NCBI GenBank assembly: GCA_963788375.1
Contig: CAWBGT010000017.1
Location: forward strand, 247,452-311,451
Reading direction: 5' to 3'
Origin: an uncultured Chloroflexia bacterium
GTDB taxonomy: Bacteria > Chloroflexota > Limnocylindria > Limnocylindrales > CSP1-4
DNA length: 64,000 nt
The notes below the pieces were generated by a model. It saw nothing but the letters and a program-made list of their open reading frames with translations. It ran no database searches and was not told where the DNA came from. Position numbers and translations under genes: made by a program. Positions 25,670 to 34,409 of this stretch are shown piece by piece (position 1 is the first letter of the stretch; each line of letters begins with the position of its first letter).

Positions 25670-26986
25670 ATGGCCACCCGCTATGTCGTCGTGGGCAACG
25701 GCGCCGCCGGTGCGACGGCCGCCCTGGCGATCCGGCGCCATGACGCCGCCGGCGAGATCCAGGTCGTTGGGGCCGAGAAGGTCCCGTTCTACTCGCGTCC
25801 CGGCCTGGCCTACCTGCTGACCGGCCAGATCCCCGAGGGACGGCTGTTCTCGCGCCCGGACCGGGAGCTCAGGGAATCGAACATCGAGCGGACCGTCGCA
25901 CGGGTGCAGGCGTTGGACCCGCGGGCGCACCGCCTCGAGCTCGACGACGGCAGGGCCATCCGCTACGACCGCGTGCTGCTGGGCGTCGGCGCCAAGGCGG
26001 TCCGCCCCGAGATCGAGGGCATCGACCTCCGCGGCGTGGTGACGCTCGACAGTCTCGAGGATGCTCGCCTGATCCTCAAGCTCGCGAAGAAGGCAAAGCG
26101 GGCGTGCGTGGTCGGCGGCGGGATCACCGCGATCGAGCTTGCGGAAGGCCTCGCCGCGAACGGGGTGAAGACGACCTACCTGATGCGCGGCGATCGCTAC
26201 TGGGCGAGCGTGCTGGACCCGCGCGAGTCCGCGCTGGTCGAGGAACGCCTGGCCCACGACGGGATCGTGATCCGGCGCAACACCGAGCTGGGCCGGGTCA
26301 TCGGGCACAAGGACCACGTCACCGCGATCGAATCGAAGGACGGCGTGCGGATCGACTGCGACCTGCTGGCGGTGGCCGTCGGCGTGCAGCCGCGGCTGGA
26401 GCTTGCCCGCCACGCGGGCCTGGAGACGGGCCGCGGGATCTTCACCGATGACACGTTCGCGACCGGCACGCCGGACATCTTCGTGGCCGGTGATGCCGCC
26501 GAGGTGCTGGACCCCGCCACGGGCCGTCGCGGCATCGACAGCCTGTGGTCGGTCGCCATCGCGCAGGGGCGGATCGCCGGGGCGAACATGGCCGGTGCGT
26601 CGGAACGATACGGCCGCGCGGCCCCGTTCAACGTGACCAGGATCGGCGGGGTGACGGCGACGCTGATCGGCGCCGTGGGAGCCGGAGGACGGGACGGAGA
26701 CCTCGTCGCTCTCGCCCGCGGCGACAGCGGGGCGTGGCGCGAGCAGCTCGACGGCTTCGCGGTGGCAGACGACAGCGGCGCGGACCACCTGCGGCTCATC
26801 CTGGGCGCGGACCGGATCCTGGGTGCCGTGGTGATGGGCGAGCAGTCGTTGTCCCGTCCCCTGCTGCACCTGGTCCGGCACAAGGTGGACATCCGGGACG
26901 TGCGCGACCGCCTGCTGCTGGGGTCGGCGGAGCTCCGGGCCGCGATCGCGCAGCTGATGGAACGGACCGTTGCCAATGCGGTATAG
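25670..26986 (+). CDS. NAD(P)/FAD-dependent pyridine-nucleotide-disulfide-type oxidoreductase
   Basis: MATRYVVVGNGAAGATAALAIR (FAD site), ACVVGGGITAIELAEGLA (NAD(P) site) and IFVAGDAAEV. The ATG lies 1 nt after the ferredoxin stop. Confidence 0.88.
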   Translation: MATRYVVVGNGAAGATAALAIRRHDAAGEIQVVGAEKVPFYSRPGLAYLLTGQIPEGRLFSRPDRELRESNIERTVARVQALDPRAHRLELDDGRAIRYDRVLLGVGAKAVRPEIEGIDLRGVVTLDSLEDARLILKLAKKAKRACVVGGGITAIELAEGLAANGVKTTYLMRGDRYWASVLDPRESALVEERLAHDGIVIRRNTELGRVIGHKDHVTAIESKDGVRIDCDLLAVAVGVQPRLELARHAGLETGRGIFTDDTFATGTPDIFVAGDAAEVLDPATGRRGIDSLWSVAIAQGRIAGANMAGASERYGRAAPFNVTRIGGVTATLIGAVGAGGRDGDLVALARGDSGAWREQLDGFAVADDSGADHLRLILGADRILGAVVMGEQSLSRPLLHLVRHKVDIRDVRDRLLLGSAELRAAIAQLMERTVANAV

Positions 26987-27620
26987 CGAGCTGCTCGTCG
27001 CGGCGGCACTGATCGCCGGGATCACGGCCGCCTACGTGGCACTACTGGGGACGACCGCCGTCCCGGCGGCGGGCAGCCTGGTCGGCCACATGATGGGCGT
27101 CGTCGGGTTCACGCTGATGCTGCTGACCGAGACCCTGTACTCGCTGCGCAAGCGGGCGATGCGCCGGCCGCGGGGCAGCATGCGCACGTGGCTCCAGGCC
27201 CACATCGTGATGGGCATCGTGGGACCGTACCTGGTCCTCCTGCACGCGGCGTGGACGTTCAGGGGCCTGGCGGGGGCCCTGTCGCTGATGACCGCGATGG
27301 TGGTCGCGTCCGGCTTCATCGGCCGGTACATCTACACGGCCGTGCCCAGGACGGCCGATGGCGCCATCGTCGAGGCGCACGAGCTGGAGCTGCAGCTGGT
27401 AGCGCTGCGCGCCGCCGGGATCCCGGGAGCCAACCGGGACGAGCACCGGGCGATCGAGCGCCGCATCGGCCGCCTGGAGCGCCAGATGGGCGCCCTGCGC
27501 TGGGAGCGGCGGGTGCTCGCGACGTGGCATGCGGTCCACATCCCGCTGGGCATGGCGATGTTCGTGGTGGCGTTCGCGCACATCGCCGCGACCGTCTACT
27601 ACGCCACGCTGCTGCGCTGA
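26976..27620 (+). CDS. Five-TM His-rich membrane protein, possible b-type haem carrier (inferred)
   Basis: Conserved-looking His residues sit in TM segments (LVGHMMGVVGF; WLQAHIVMGIVGPYLVLLHAAW; WHAVHIPLGMAMFVVAFAHIA). A charged coiled-coil insert precedes the last TM. It overlaps the upstream gene by 11 nt. Confidence 0.75.
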   Translation: MRYSELLVAAALIAGITAAYVALLGTTAVPAAGSLVGHMMGVVGFTLMLLTETLYSLRKRAMRRPRGSMRTWLQAHIVMGIVGPYLVLLHAAWTFRGLAGALSLMTAMVVASGFIGRYIYTAVPRTADGAIVEAHELELQLVALRAAGIPGANRDEHRAIERRIGRLERQMGALRWERRVLATWHAVHIPLGMAMFVVAFAHIAATVYYATLLR

Positions 27621-27632
27621 GGGGAGGGAGCG

Positions 27633-29660
27633 ATGCGCCGTCCGCTGGGCTGCATGACCTTCTCGGGGCTGGTCGCCGCCATCGTGGCGGTGCTGGCCAT
27701 CGCGGGGCTGATCGCCGTGAACGGCAACTCCATGTTCAGCCCTGGCGAGCTGAGCTCCGTGTCGCAGGCGGACTCGACGAAGGTGGTCGCGCTGGGCGGG
27801 ATCTCCTCGCACGCCCAGCTGGAGGGCCAGTGTGACGCCTGCCACGCTGCGATCTGGTCCGGCCAGGTCATGGGCGACCGCTGCCTGGTGTGCCACGCGG
27901 AGGTCGGGCAGCAGGCGGCGGACGGCACCGGCCTCCACGGGCGCCTCGACGCGAGCGCCTCCACCTGCCTGCGGTGCCACACGGAGCACCGCGGGGAGAC
28001 GGCATCGTCCACGCGCGCCGACCCGGAGGTCTTCCCGCACGAGGAGACGGGGTTCGCGCTCACCGCCCACCAGCAGCCGGCGGTTGCCACCGGGGTGGGC
28101 TGCCGGGAGTGCCACCCGGGGTCGCCCGGGGACTACGCCTCGCCGACGTGCATCGGCTGCCACCAGCGCCTGGACAAGGCCGCGATGACCGAGCACGTCG
28201 ACACGTACGGTGCGACGTGCCTCAACTGTCACGACGGCAAGGACACGTACGGCAGGTCGTTCCAGCACACGGCCTATCCACTGACCGGCAAGCACCAGGA
28301 CGCGAGCTGCGCGTCATGTCACCGCGGCTCCACCACGCTCGCGGCCCTGCGCTCGACGTCCACCGTGTGCGCCACGTGCCACCAGAAGGACGACGTCCAC
28401 GAGGGCCGGCTCGGCCAGGACTGCGGCTCGTGCCACACCCCGGCGGGCTGGGACAATGCCACGCTGGACCACGCTACCCAGACGCGGTTCGCCCTCACCG
28501 GTGAGCATGTCGGCGTGGCCTGCGCGTCGTGCCACGTCAACCGGAAGTGGACCGGGATCGGCACCACCTGCGCCACCTGCCACGCGCAGGACGATCCGCA
28601 CGCCGGCCAGTTCAAGGGCGACTGCGCGTCGTGCCACGCGTCCACGGGCTGGAAGGACGTGACGTTCGACCATGCCACGACGGCATTCCCGCTCGCGAAG
28701 GCGCACGCCGATGTGGCCTGCGCGTCCTGCCACAAGGGCGGCAAGTTCGCCGGCACGTCCACGACCTGCGTCTCGTGCCACGCCGCCGATGACACGCACA
28801 AGGGCGCCCTGGGCCGCGACTGCCAGGCCTGCCACAAGGCCACCACCTGGTCCGCTGCCTCCTTTGACCATGCCACGACGGCCTTCAAGCTCACCGGGGC
28901 CCATGCAGGCGTCACCTGCCAGCGGTGTCACACCAGCGCCCCGCCATCCTCGACGCCGACGAGCTGCGCCTCCTGCCATGACAAGCCGGCGGCGCACGAC
29001 CGCCACTTCGCCGGCAACTGCGCCTCGTGCCATACCACGAGGGCCTGGAGGCCGGCCGCCTTCGACCACTCGAAGACCAGGTACCGGCTGACCGGCGCCC
29101 ACATGGGCGCGGCATGCCAGAAGTGCCACGGGTCATCCGCGACGAGCTACGCCAGCGCTTCCCCCGCCTGCGCGTCCTGCCACACCAAGCCCGCGTCGCA
29201 CACGGCCGCCTTCGGGTCCGCCTGCGGCACGTGCCACTCCACGAAACGGTGGCAGCCGGCCACGTTCGACCACAGCCGGACGGGGTTCAAGCTCACCGGG
29301 GCACACCTGGACACCTCCTGCAAGAAGTGTCACAAGGGGTCGACGTTCAAGGGTCTGTCGACGGCCTGTGTGAGCTGCCACGCCAAGCCCGCGTCGCACC
29401 CGAGCTCCTACGGAACGGTGTGCACGAAATGCCACACGACGAAGGCCTGGCGACCCATCTCCTACAGCGGGCCGCACACGTTCCCGATGACCCACCGCAC
29501 TTCGAACGGGACGTGCTCGATCTGCCACCCGTCCTCGCTGGCGTCGTACACGTGCAGCAAGTGCCACTCGAACACCAAGATGAACGAGCACCACAAGGAG
29601 GTCGCCGGCTACTCGCTGACCACCTGCGCGAAGTGCCACCCGACGGGGAAGGGCGACTAG
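27633..29660 (+). CDS. Membrane-anchored multihaem c-type cytochrome with 27 CXXCH motifs
   Basis: 675 aa with one N-terminal hydrophobic helix (FSGLVAAIVAVLAIAGLIAV). 27 CXXCH motifs were counted. Six tandem ~66-aa trihaem modules have the pattern FDH..T.F.LTGAH...C..CH. GGGGAGGGAG precedes the ATG. Confidence 0.95.
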   Translation: MRRPLGCMTFSGLVAAIVAVLAIAGLIAVNGNSMFSPGELSSVSQADSTKVVALGGISSHAQLEGQCDACHAAIWSGQVMGDRCLVCHAEVGQQAADGTGLHGRLDASASTCLRCHTEHRGETASSTRADPEVFPHEETGFALTAHQQPAVATGVGCRECHPGSPGDYASPTCIGCHQRLDKAAMTEHVDTYGATCLNCHDGKDTYGRSFQHTAYPLTGKHQDASCASCHRGSTTLAALRSTSTVCATCHQKDDVHEGRLGQDCGSCHTPAGWDNATLDHATQTRFALTGEHVGVACASCHVNRKWTGIGTTCATCHAQDDPHAGQFKGDCASCHASTGWKDVTFDHATTAFPLAKAHADVACASCHKGGKFAGTSTTCVSCHAADDTHKGALGRDCQACHKATTWSAASFDHATTAFKLTGAHAGVTCQRCHTSAPPSSTPTSCASCHDKPAAHDRHFAGNCASCHTTRAWRPAAFDHSKTRYRLTGAHMGAACQKCHGSSATSYASASPACASCHTKPASHTAAFGSACGTCHSTKRWQPATFDHSRTGFKLTGAHLDTSCKKCHKGSTFKGLSTACVSCHAKPASHPSSYGTVCTKCHTTKAWRPISYSGPHTFPMTHRTSNGTCSICHPSSLASYTCSKCHSNTKMNEHHKEVAGYSLTTCAKCHPTGKGD

Positions 29661-29709
29661 GGGACGGCGGCCCCGGCGTTGAGGAGCTGCCGCTCAACGT
29701 GCCGGTCCC
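29661..29709. terminator. Imperfect GC-rich hairpin between convergent genes (candidate bidirectional terminator)
   Basis: Core stem CGTTGAG (29677-29683) pairs with CTCAACG (29693-29699), extended by CCGG/CCGG and GGGAC/GTCCC. There is no U-tract, so the call is weak. Confidence 0.35.
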
Positions 29710-29712
29710 GAG

Positions 29713-30402
29713 CTACCGCCCCGACGCGGTCCTCCGGACGACGGGCGCCTGCGGGTCGTGGGTGGCCACGTACGTCGGCACCTGGGCGCGGCGGTCCAGC
29801 CCCAGCTTGGCGAGGATCGAGCTGACGTAGTTCTTGACGGTCTTGTCCGAGAGGAAGACCGCCTCGGCGATCTCGCGGTTGGTCATGCCGGCGGCGATCA
29901 GCGGCAGGATCTCGCGCTCGCGGGCCGTCAGCGTGCTGGCCTCGTCCGGGTAGGTCCCGCCCATGATCCGCCGGACGCGCTCGAGGACCATGCCGGTGAC
30001 CACGGCGTCGAACATCGACTCGCCGCGCGCCACCGCCTCCAGGGTGCGCACGAGCTGGGCCGACCGCGTCTGCTTGAGCACGTAGCCGCGAGCGCCGGCC
30101 ACGATGGCCGCGAACACGTCGAGCTCGTCGGGCGAGCTGGTCAGGAACACCACCCGCAGGTCTGGGAACTCGTCGAGCAGCAGCCGGCAGGCCTCGATTC
30201 CCGATGCGTCGGGCAGCTGGATGTCCAGCAGCGCGACGTCCGGCTGGAACCGTCGGGCCTGGGCGACGGCCCCCTCGCAGGTTCCCGCCTCGGCCACGAC
30301 CTCGAACTGCCCGCGGCGATCGAGGTACGCGATCAGCCCGCGACGGACCACCTCGTGATCGTCGACGACGAGAATCCGCAGGGGCGCAGCGGGGGTGGTC
30401 AT
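29713..30402 (-). CDS. NarL/FixJ-type response regulator (REC + LuxR HTH)
   Basis: MTTPAAPLRILVVDDHEVVRRGL ... PDVALLDIQLPDASG ... LTAREREILPLIAAGMTNREIAEAVFLSDKTVKNYVSSILAKL. No histidine kinase gene is adjacent. Confidence 0.92.
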   Translation of the reverse strand: MTTPAAPLRILVVDDHEVVRRGLIAYLDRRGQFEVVAEAGTCEGAVAQARRFQPDVALLDIQLPDASGIEACRLLLDEFPDLRVVFLTSSPDELDVFAAIVAGARGYVLKQTRSAQLVRTLEAVARGESMFDAVVTGMVLERVRRIMGGTYPDEASTLTAREREILPLIAAGMTNREIAEAVFLSDKTVKNYVSSILAKLGLDRRAQVPTYVATHDPQAPVVRRTASGR

Positions 30403-30454
30403 CCGACCCCGAGCATGACGGCTCCGGCGGCGGACTGCAACGCCAACCCGGCGG

Positions 30455-30910
30455 CTAGACCCGTGATCGGAGGTCCACGCTGAAGTCGACGTAGGCGCGG
30501 AGCATCGCCAGCGCCTCGCCCCAGCCCTCGAGCGCCTCGGCCCAAGCGTCCATGCCCCCCGGCCGGTCCAGCGGGAAGGGACCGTCATCGAGCTGCATCA
30601 CGGTCCCGTAGCCGGCCGGCTGGATGGTGACCCGGGCGGTGGTGATCAGGCTCTCGTCCGGGAGCCACGGCCAGCGGAACAAGAACGTCGTGGCGCTCCG
30701 GGCTTCGAGCACCTCCCACCACACCCGGTGGTCCTCCCAGGCGAGGATCGTTCGGGCACCCACGGTCAGACCGCCCTCGACGCGGTCCGGGAACCAGCGG
30801 GCGAGCTCCTCGGAGTCGGACCACGCGCGATAGACCCGCTCCGGCGGCGCGTTGAAGCGCCGGATCATCTGGACGGTCGGGTTGAGCTCCGTGCCGGCGG
30901 GCAGCGTCAT
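30455..30910 (-). CDS. SRPBCC-superfamily (AHSA1/START-like) protein
   Basis: RRFNAPPERVYRAWSDSEELARWF with a typical length of 151 aa. Confidence 0.8.
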   Translation of the reverse strand: MTLPAGTELNPTVQMIRRFNAPPERVYRAWSDSEELARWFPDRVEGGLTVGARTILAWEDHRVWWEVLEARSATTFLFRWPWLPDESLITTARVTIQPAGYGTVMQLDDGPFPLDRPGGMDAWAEALEGWGEALAMLRAYVDFSVDLRSRV

Positions 30911-31004
30911 GGGTGCATCGCTCCTTCACCGATCCCCGGTGGGGTCGATGCAAGGGTATTCCGCATCCCGGGACACCGCACATGGCCGGTGCTAGCGTGA
31001 CCCC

Positions 31005-31694
31005 ATGGGTTCCCGCCTGTCGTTCCGCTCGACCGCCATCGTGGTCATCGCCTTTGCCCTGGCCATGGCCTATCTCGAGTCGGCGGTGGTCGTCTACCTC
31101 ACGCTCGCGCTGGGTGGGCAGGTCGGGACGATCTTCCCGCTGCGGCCGGCGATCGAGGCGGGCGATCTCGTCGCGATCGAGGTCGGGCGGGAGGCGGCGA
31201 CGCTGGTGATGATCGCAGCCGTGGGCGTGCTGGTCGGCCGGTCGAGGGTCGAGCGCCTGGCCTGGGCCGCGGTCGTGTTCGGCGCCTGGGACATCGGCTA
31301 CTACGGGTGGCTGTACGTGTTCAGCGGCTGGCCGCCGTCACTCGGGACGACGGATCTGCTGTTCCTCATCCCGGTCCCGTGGGTGGGGCCCGTCTGGTCG
31401 CCCGTGGTGGTGAGCCTGGCGCTGGTCGGGTTCGGGCTGGCCGCGGCCTGGCGGGAGCGGTCCGGGCGGCCGATCGTCCTGCGCCGCTGGCACTGGGTCG
31501 CCGGGCTGCTGGGTGGCGCGCTGGTCATCCTGTCATGGACGATCGATGCGGGCCGGGTGATCGACGGCGGGCTACCGGGGTCGTACCCGTGGCCGCTGTT
31601 CGTGGCCGGGATGCTGGTCGCCTCGGCGGCAGCGGTTGATGCCGTGCTTCGCCCGGGCAGCACGGGTCGACCGGCCGGCACAGCCGCCGCCTGA
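31005..31694 (+). CDS. Hypothetical integral membrane protein
   Basis: 229 aa with 6-7 hydrophobic segments (IVVIAFALAMAYLESAVVVYL, WAAVVFGAWDIGYYGWLYVF and others). Confidence 0.7.
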   Translation: MGSRLSFRSTAIVVIAFALAMAYLESAVVVYLTLALGGQVGTIFPLRPAIEAGDLVAIEVGREAATLVMIAAVGVLVGRSRVERLAWAAVVFGAWDIGYYGWLYVFSGWPPSLGTTDLLFLIPVPWVGPVWSPVVVSLALVGFGLAAAWRERSGRPIVLRRWHWVAGLLGGALVILSWTIDAGRVIDGGLPGSYPWPLFVAGMLVASAAAVDAVLRPGSTGRPAGTAAA

Positions 31695-31802
31695 CCGCTC
31701 AGCCGAGGCACCGCAGCGCGCGGCAGTCCGGCTTCCGGTCAGCCAGCCACAGCTCGTACAGCCGGCGGAAGCCGTCGAACGCACCGGATGGCCGATGGCA
31801 CC

Positions 31803-33116
31803 CTATGCGCTGGGCGCGCCGACGAGCTCCCAGGTCGAGCCCTCGGCGCCGTCGCGGACCTCGACGCCGGCCCCGGCGAGCCGGTCGCGGACGAGGTCGG
31901 CGGTCGCCCAGTCTCGGGTCTCGCGGGCCCGCGCCCGGATCTCAAACAGGGCCTCCACGAACGGCTCGACCACCTCCCGCCGGTCGGGGCCGGCGGTCCC
32001 CACGGCCTCGCCGAGCCGGACGATCAGCGCGCGGAACGTGGACTCCGCGTTGTCCAGGTCGGGGCTGTCCTCGCCGCCGCGGATCCGGCCCTCGATCGCC
32101 GCATCGAGGTCGAGCAGCGCCGCCACCGCCGCCCGGGTGTCGCCGCCGTGGAGGGCCGCGAAGAATGTGCCTTCGAGGTCCGCCACGTCGTGGCCGATGG
32201 GCTCGGCGGACCGCGGGGGTGGGCCGGTCACGAAGCTGGTGGCGCCCGCTGTGCCGGTGCCGCCCACGCCGGGACCGGAGCCTGGTTCCACCTCCGGCGA
32301 GCCGCCCTCCGCCAGGGATCGCGCCGCCTCGCCCAGCGCCTCGATGGAGACCTCGTTGCCGCTTGGGACAACCGCGGACCGGCCGTCCACCCGGATGGTG
32401 ACCCCGCCCAGGCCCGAGACCGTGGCGGTGCCACGCTCGAGGTCCAGCACCAGCGCCGTGTGGCTGTCCACGCCGAGGACGAACACGTCCGGCGGGAGCT
32501 CGCGCTCGAGAATCCGCAGGCGTCGCTCGCCCATGTAGCAGAAGCGGGTGTCATGGTTGCCGCCCTCGGCATTGTCGTAGTGGGGAACCACGGCCGCCCG
32601 CAGGCCGGTCGCCGCGCCCAGGAGGTCCAGGCCTGGCAGCCAGCGCGGCTCCTCGCCCACCTTGTAGACCTCGTAGACCGGGATCGTGACGACGCCCAGC
32701 GTGAGCGCCGCGGCGCTGGCCATGACGAGGACGCCACCGTCCCGGAGCAGGTCCGCGAGGGCCGGCGGGATGGGTCCATCGGCCCACTGGCGAAGGGCGT
32801 AGCTGGGGCTGCCGGGGCCGGCCATCACGTAGCGCGCCGGACGGAGCCGCGCGACGGCCGTCGCCGCCGTCACCGCGTCCACCTGCCGGGACCGGTACGA
32901 GGCGACGTCCACCTCGCGCCCCACGCTCTCCGCGAAGAACTTCGTGGTGCGGGCGCTGAGCTCGTCGGCGTTCTCCTGGAACCCGTAGGGCGTGTCGAGG
33001 ATGACGGCGGGGACCGGCGCCGGACCCAGGCGCTCGAACAACGCGCGGTGGACCTTGGCCATGGTGGGTGCCGTCTCGCCGGAGCCCATGATCGCGAGGA
33101 TGCGCGGCTCGCTCAT
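31803..33116 (-). CDS. Hypothetical two-domain protein: S51/cyanophycinase-like N-terminal half and a CysRS C-terminal-tail-like end
   Basis: N-terminus RILAIMGSGETAPTMAKVH ... YVMAGPGSPSYALRQW. C-terminus ARARETRDWATADLVRDRLAGAGVEVRDGAEGSTWEL resembles the terminal helix-hairpin of cysteinyl-tRNA synthetases. ATGA overlap with the upstream gene. Confidence 0.7.
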   Translation of the reverse strand: MSEPRILAIMGSGETAPTMAKVHRALFERLGPAPVPAVILDTPYGFQENADELSARTTKFFAESVGREVDVASYRSRQVDAVTAATAVARLRPARYVMAGPGSPSYALRQWADGPIPPALADLLRDGGVLVMASAAALTLGVVTIPVYEVYKVGEEPRWLPGLDLLGAATGLRAAVVPHYDNAEGGNHDTRFCYMGERRLRILERELPPDVFVLGVDSHTALVLDLERGTATVSGLGGVTIRVDGRSAVVPSGNEVSIEALGEAARSLAEGGSPEVEPGSGPGVGGTGTAGATSFVTGPPPRSAEPIGHDVADLEGTFFAALHGGDTRAAVAALLDLDAAIEGRIRGGEDSPDLDNAESTFRALIVRLGEAVGTAGPDRREVVEPFVEALFEIRARARETRDWATADLVRDRLAGAGVEVRDGAEGSTWELVGAPSA

Positions 33117-34363
33117 GCGAAGAACCCGTCGATCTCCAGGTGGTGCATCACGCCGGCCAGCTCGGCCGGGTGCTGGGCGTGGATGTCGTGGTCACCGTGG
33201 AACCAGCGGACCTCGACATGGGGGATGATCGACGCGGCCGTGTCGACGGCCCGGCGCTTGCCCGCAGTTCGGTCGTCGTCCCCGCTGTCGGCCGGCGTCA
33301 GCAGGACCGGGACCGCGAGGCCCGCGTAGAGCTCCGTGGGGTGGTGCTCCCACAGCCCGCGCAGGACCTTGATGTGATGGTCGAAGGTGAGCCACGGGGC
33401 CACCGTGCCGTCCGCGCGGATCTCGAAGTTCGCCAGGACGCCGCGGATGCTGGCCTCGGGCCAGTCCGGGTGGGCGGAGCGGATGTAGCCCTCGATCTCC
33501 ACCAGCCGGCGCCCGGCCAGGCGGGGCGGGGCGAGGGTCTCCCGGCACACCGCCCAATCGGGGAAGTCGTGAGCCAGCTCCAGCCAGCCACCGTCCACGC
33601 AGGCGATGCCCCGGACGAGCTCCGGGCGGCGGGCGGCGAGCTCGAGGACCACGTTGCCGCCCCAGGACTGCCCGGCGATCACCGGCCGCTCGATCCCCAG
33701 CTGCTCCACGAGGGAGGCGAGGTCGGCCGCCACGGTGGGCACGTCGTAGGGGCGATCCGGTTTCGCGGACCTGCCGTGACCGCGCTGGTCCACCGTGAAC
33801 ACCGGGTGACCGGCGGCGACGAGCGAGGCAGCGACCCCGTCCCAGGTGCGCGCGTTGGACGCCAGGCCATGGACGAGCACGAACGGCGCGCCGCGACCCT
33901 CGGCCCGGACCCCGTCGCGGACCTCCTCGGGCTGCCACTCGTCGACCGCCATGGTGATCCCGGGCGCCACCACCAGCATCCGGGTCCGGGCCGGCGCAAC
34001 GTCCTGGGGGTCCGGCCAGCCGGCGACCACGCGCCCGCCACGGACGATCGCCAGGGTACGGACGGGCCTGCCGTCGGGCGTGCCGAGTCGTGGATCGTGC
34101 TCGAGGACGGCGAGATCCGCCGGTCCGCCCGGTTCCAGCTTCGTTCCCGCCGGCCAGGCAGCCTCCGCGCCCGGCGCCAGCGGCACGACGAATGCACCGT
34201 CGAGGTCGATGAAGCGCGAGTCCCCGCGCGAGATCGAGCGCACCTCGGCTTCGGATCCCAGGGCCAGGATCGTGTCCTCCGCCCAGGCGATGGCCTCGGC
34301 ATCGGGTTCGGGGCCGCCGGTGATGACGACCCCGCCGACCAGGAGGATGTACTCGTGGGTCAC
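33113..34363 (-). CDS. Alpha/beta hydrolase with an extra ~125-aa N-terminal domain
   Basis: PFVLVHGLASNARTWD, DQRGHGRS and the nucleophile elbow VIAGQSWGGNV. The N-terminal MTHEYILLVGGVVITGG ... AIVRGGRVVAG resembles the ends of an amidohydrolase barrel-adjacent domain. Confidence 0.8.
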   Translation of the reverse strand: MTHEYILLVGGVVITGGPEPDAEAIAWAEDTILALGSEAEVRSISRGDSRFIDLDGAFVVPLAPGAEAAWPAGTKLEPGGPADLAVLEHDPRLGTPDGRPVRTLAIVRGGRVVAGWPDPQDVAPARTRMLVVAPGITMAVDEWQPEEVRDGVRAEGRGAPFVLVHGLASNARTWDGVAASLVAAGHPVFTVDQRGHGRSAKPDRPYDVPTVAADLASLVEQLGIERPVIAGQSWGGNVVLELAARRPELVRGIACVDGGWLELAHDFPDWAVCRETLAPPRLAGRRLVEIEGYIRSAHPDWPEASIRGVLANFEIRADGTVAPWLTFDHHIKVLRGLWEHHPTELYAGLAVPVLLTPADSGDDDRTAGKRRAVDTAASIIPHVEVRWFHGDHDIHAQHPAELAGVMHHLEIDGFFA

Positions 34364-34409
34364 CCCCGGAGGCTACCGCACCGTGCGCGCCACCGCCTAT
34401 GCTTCGCCG

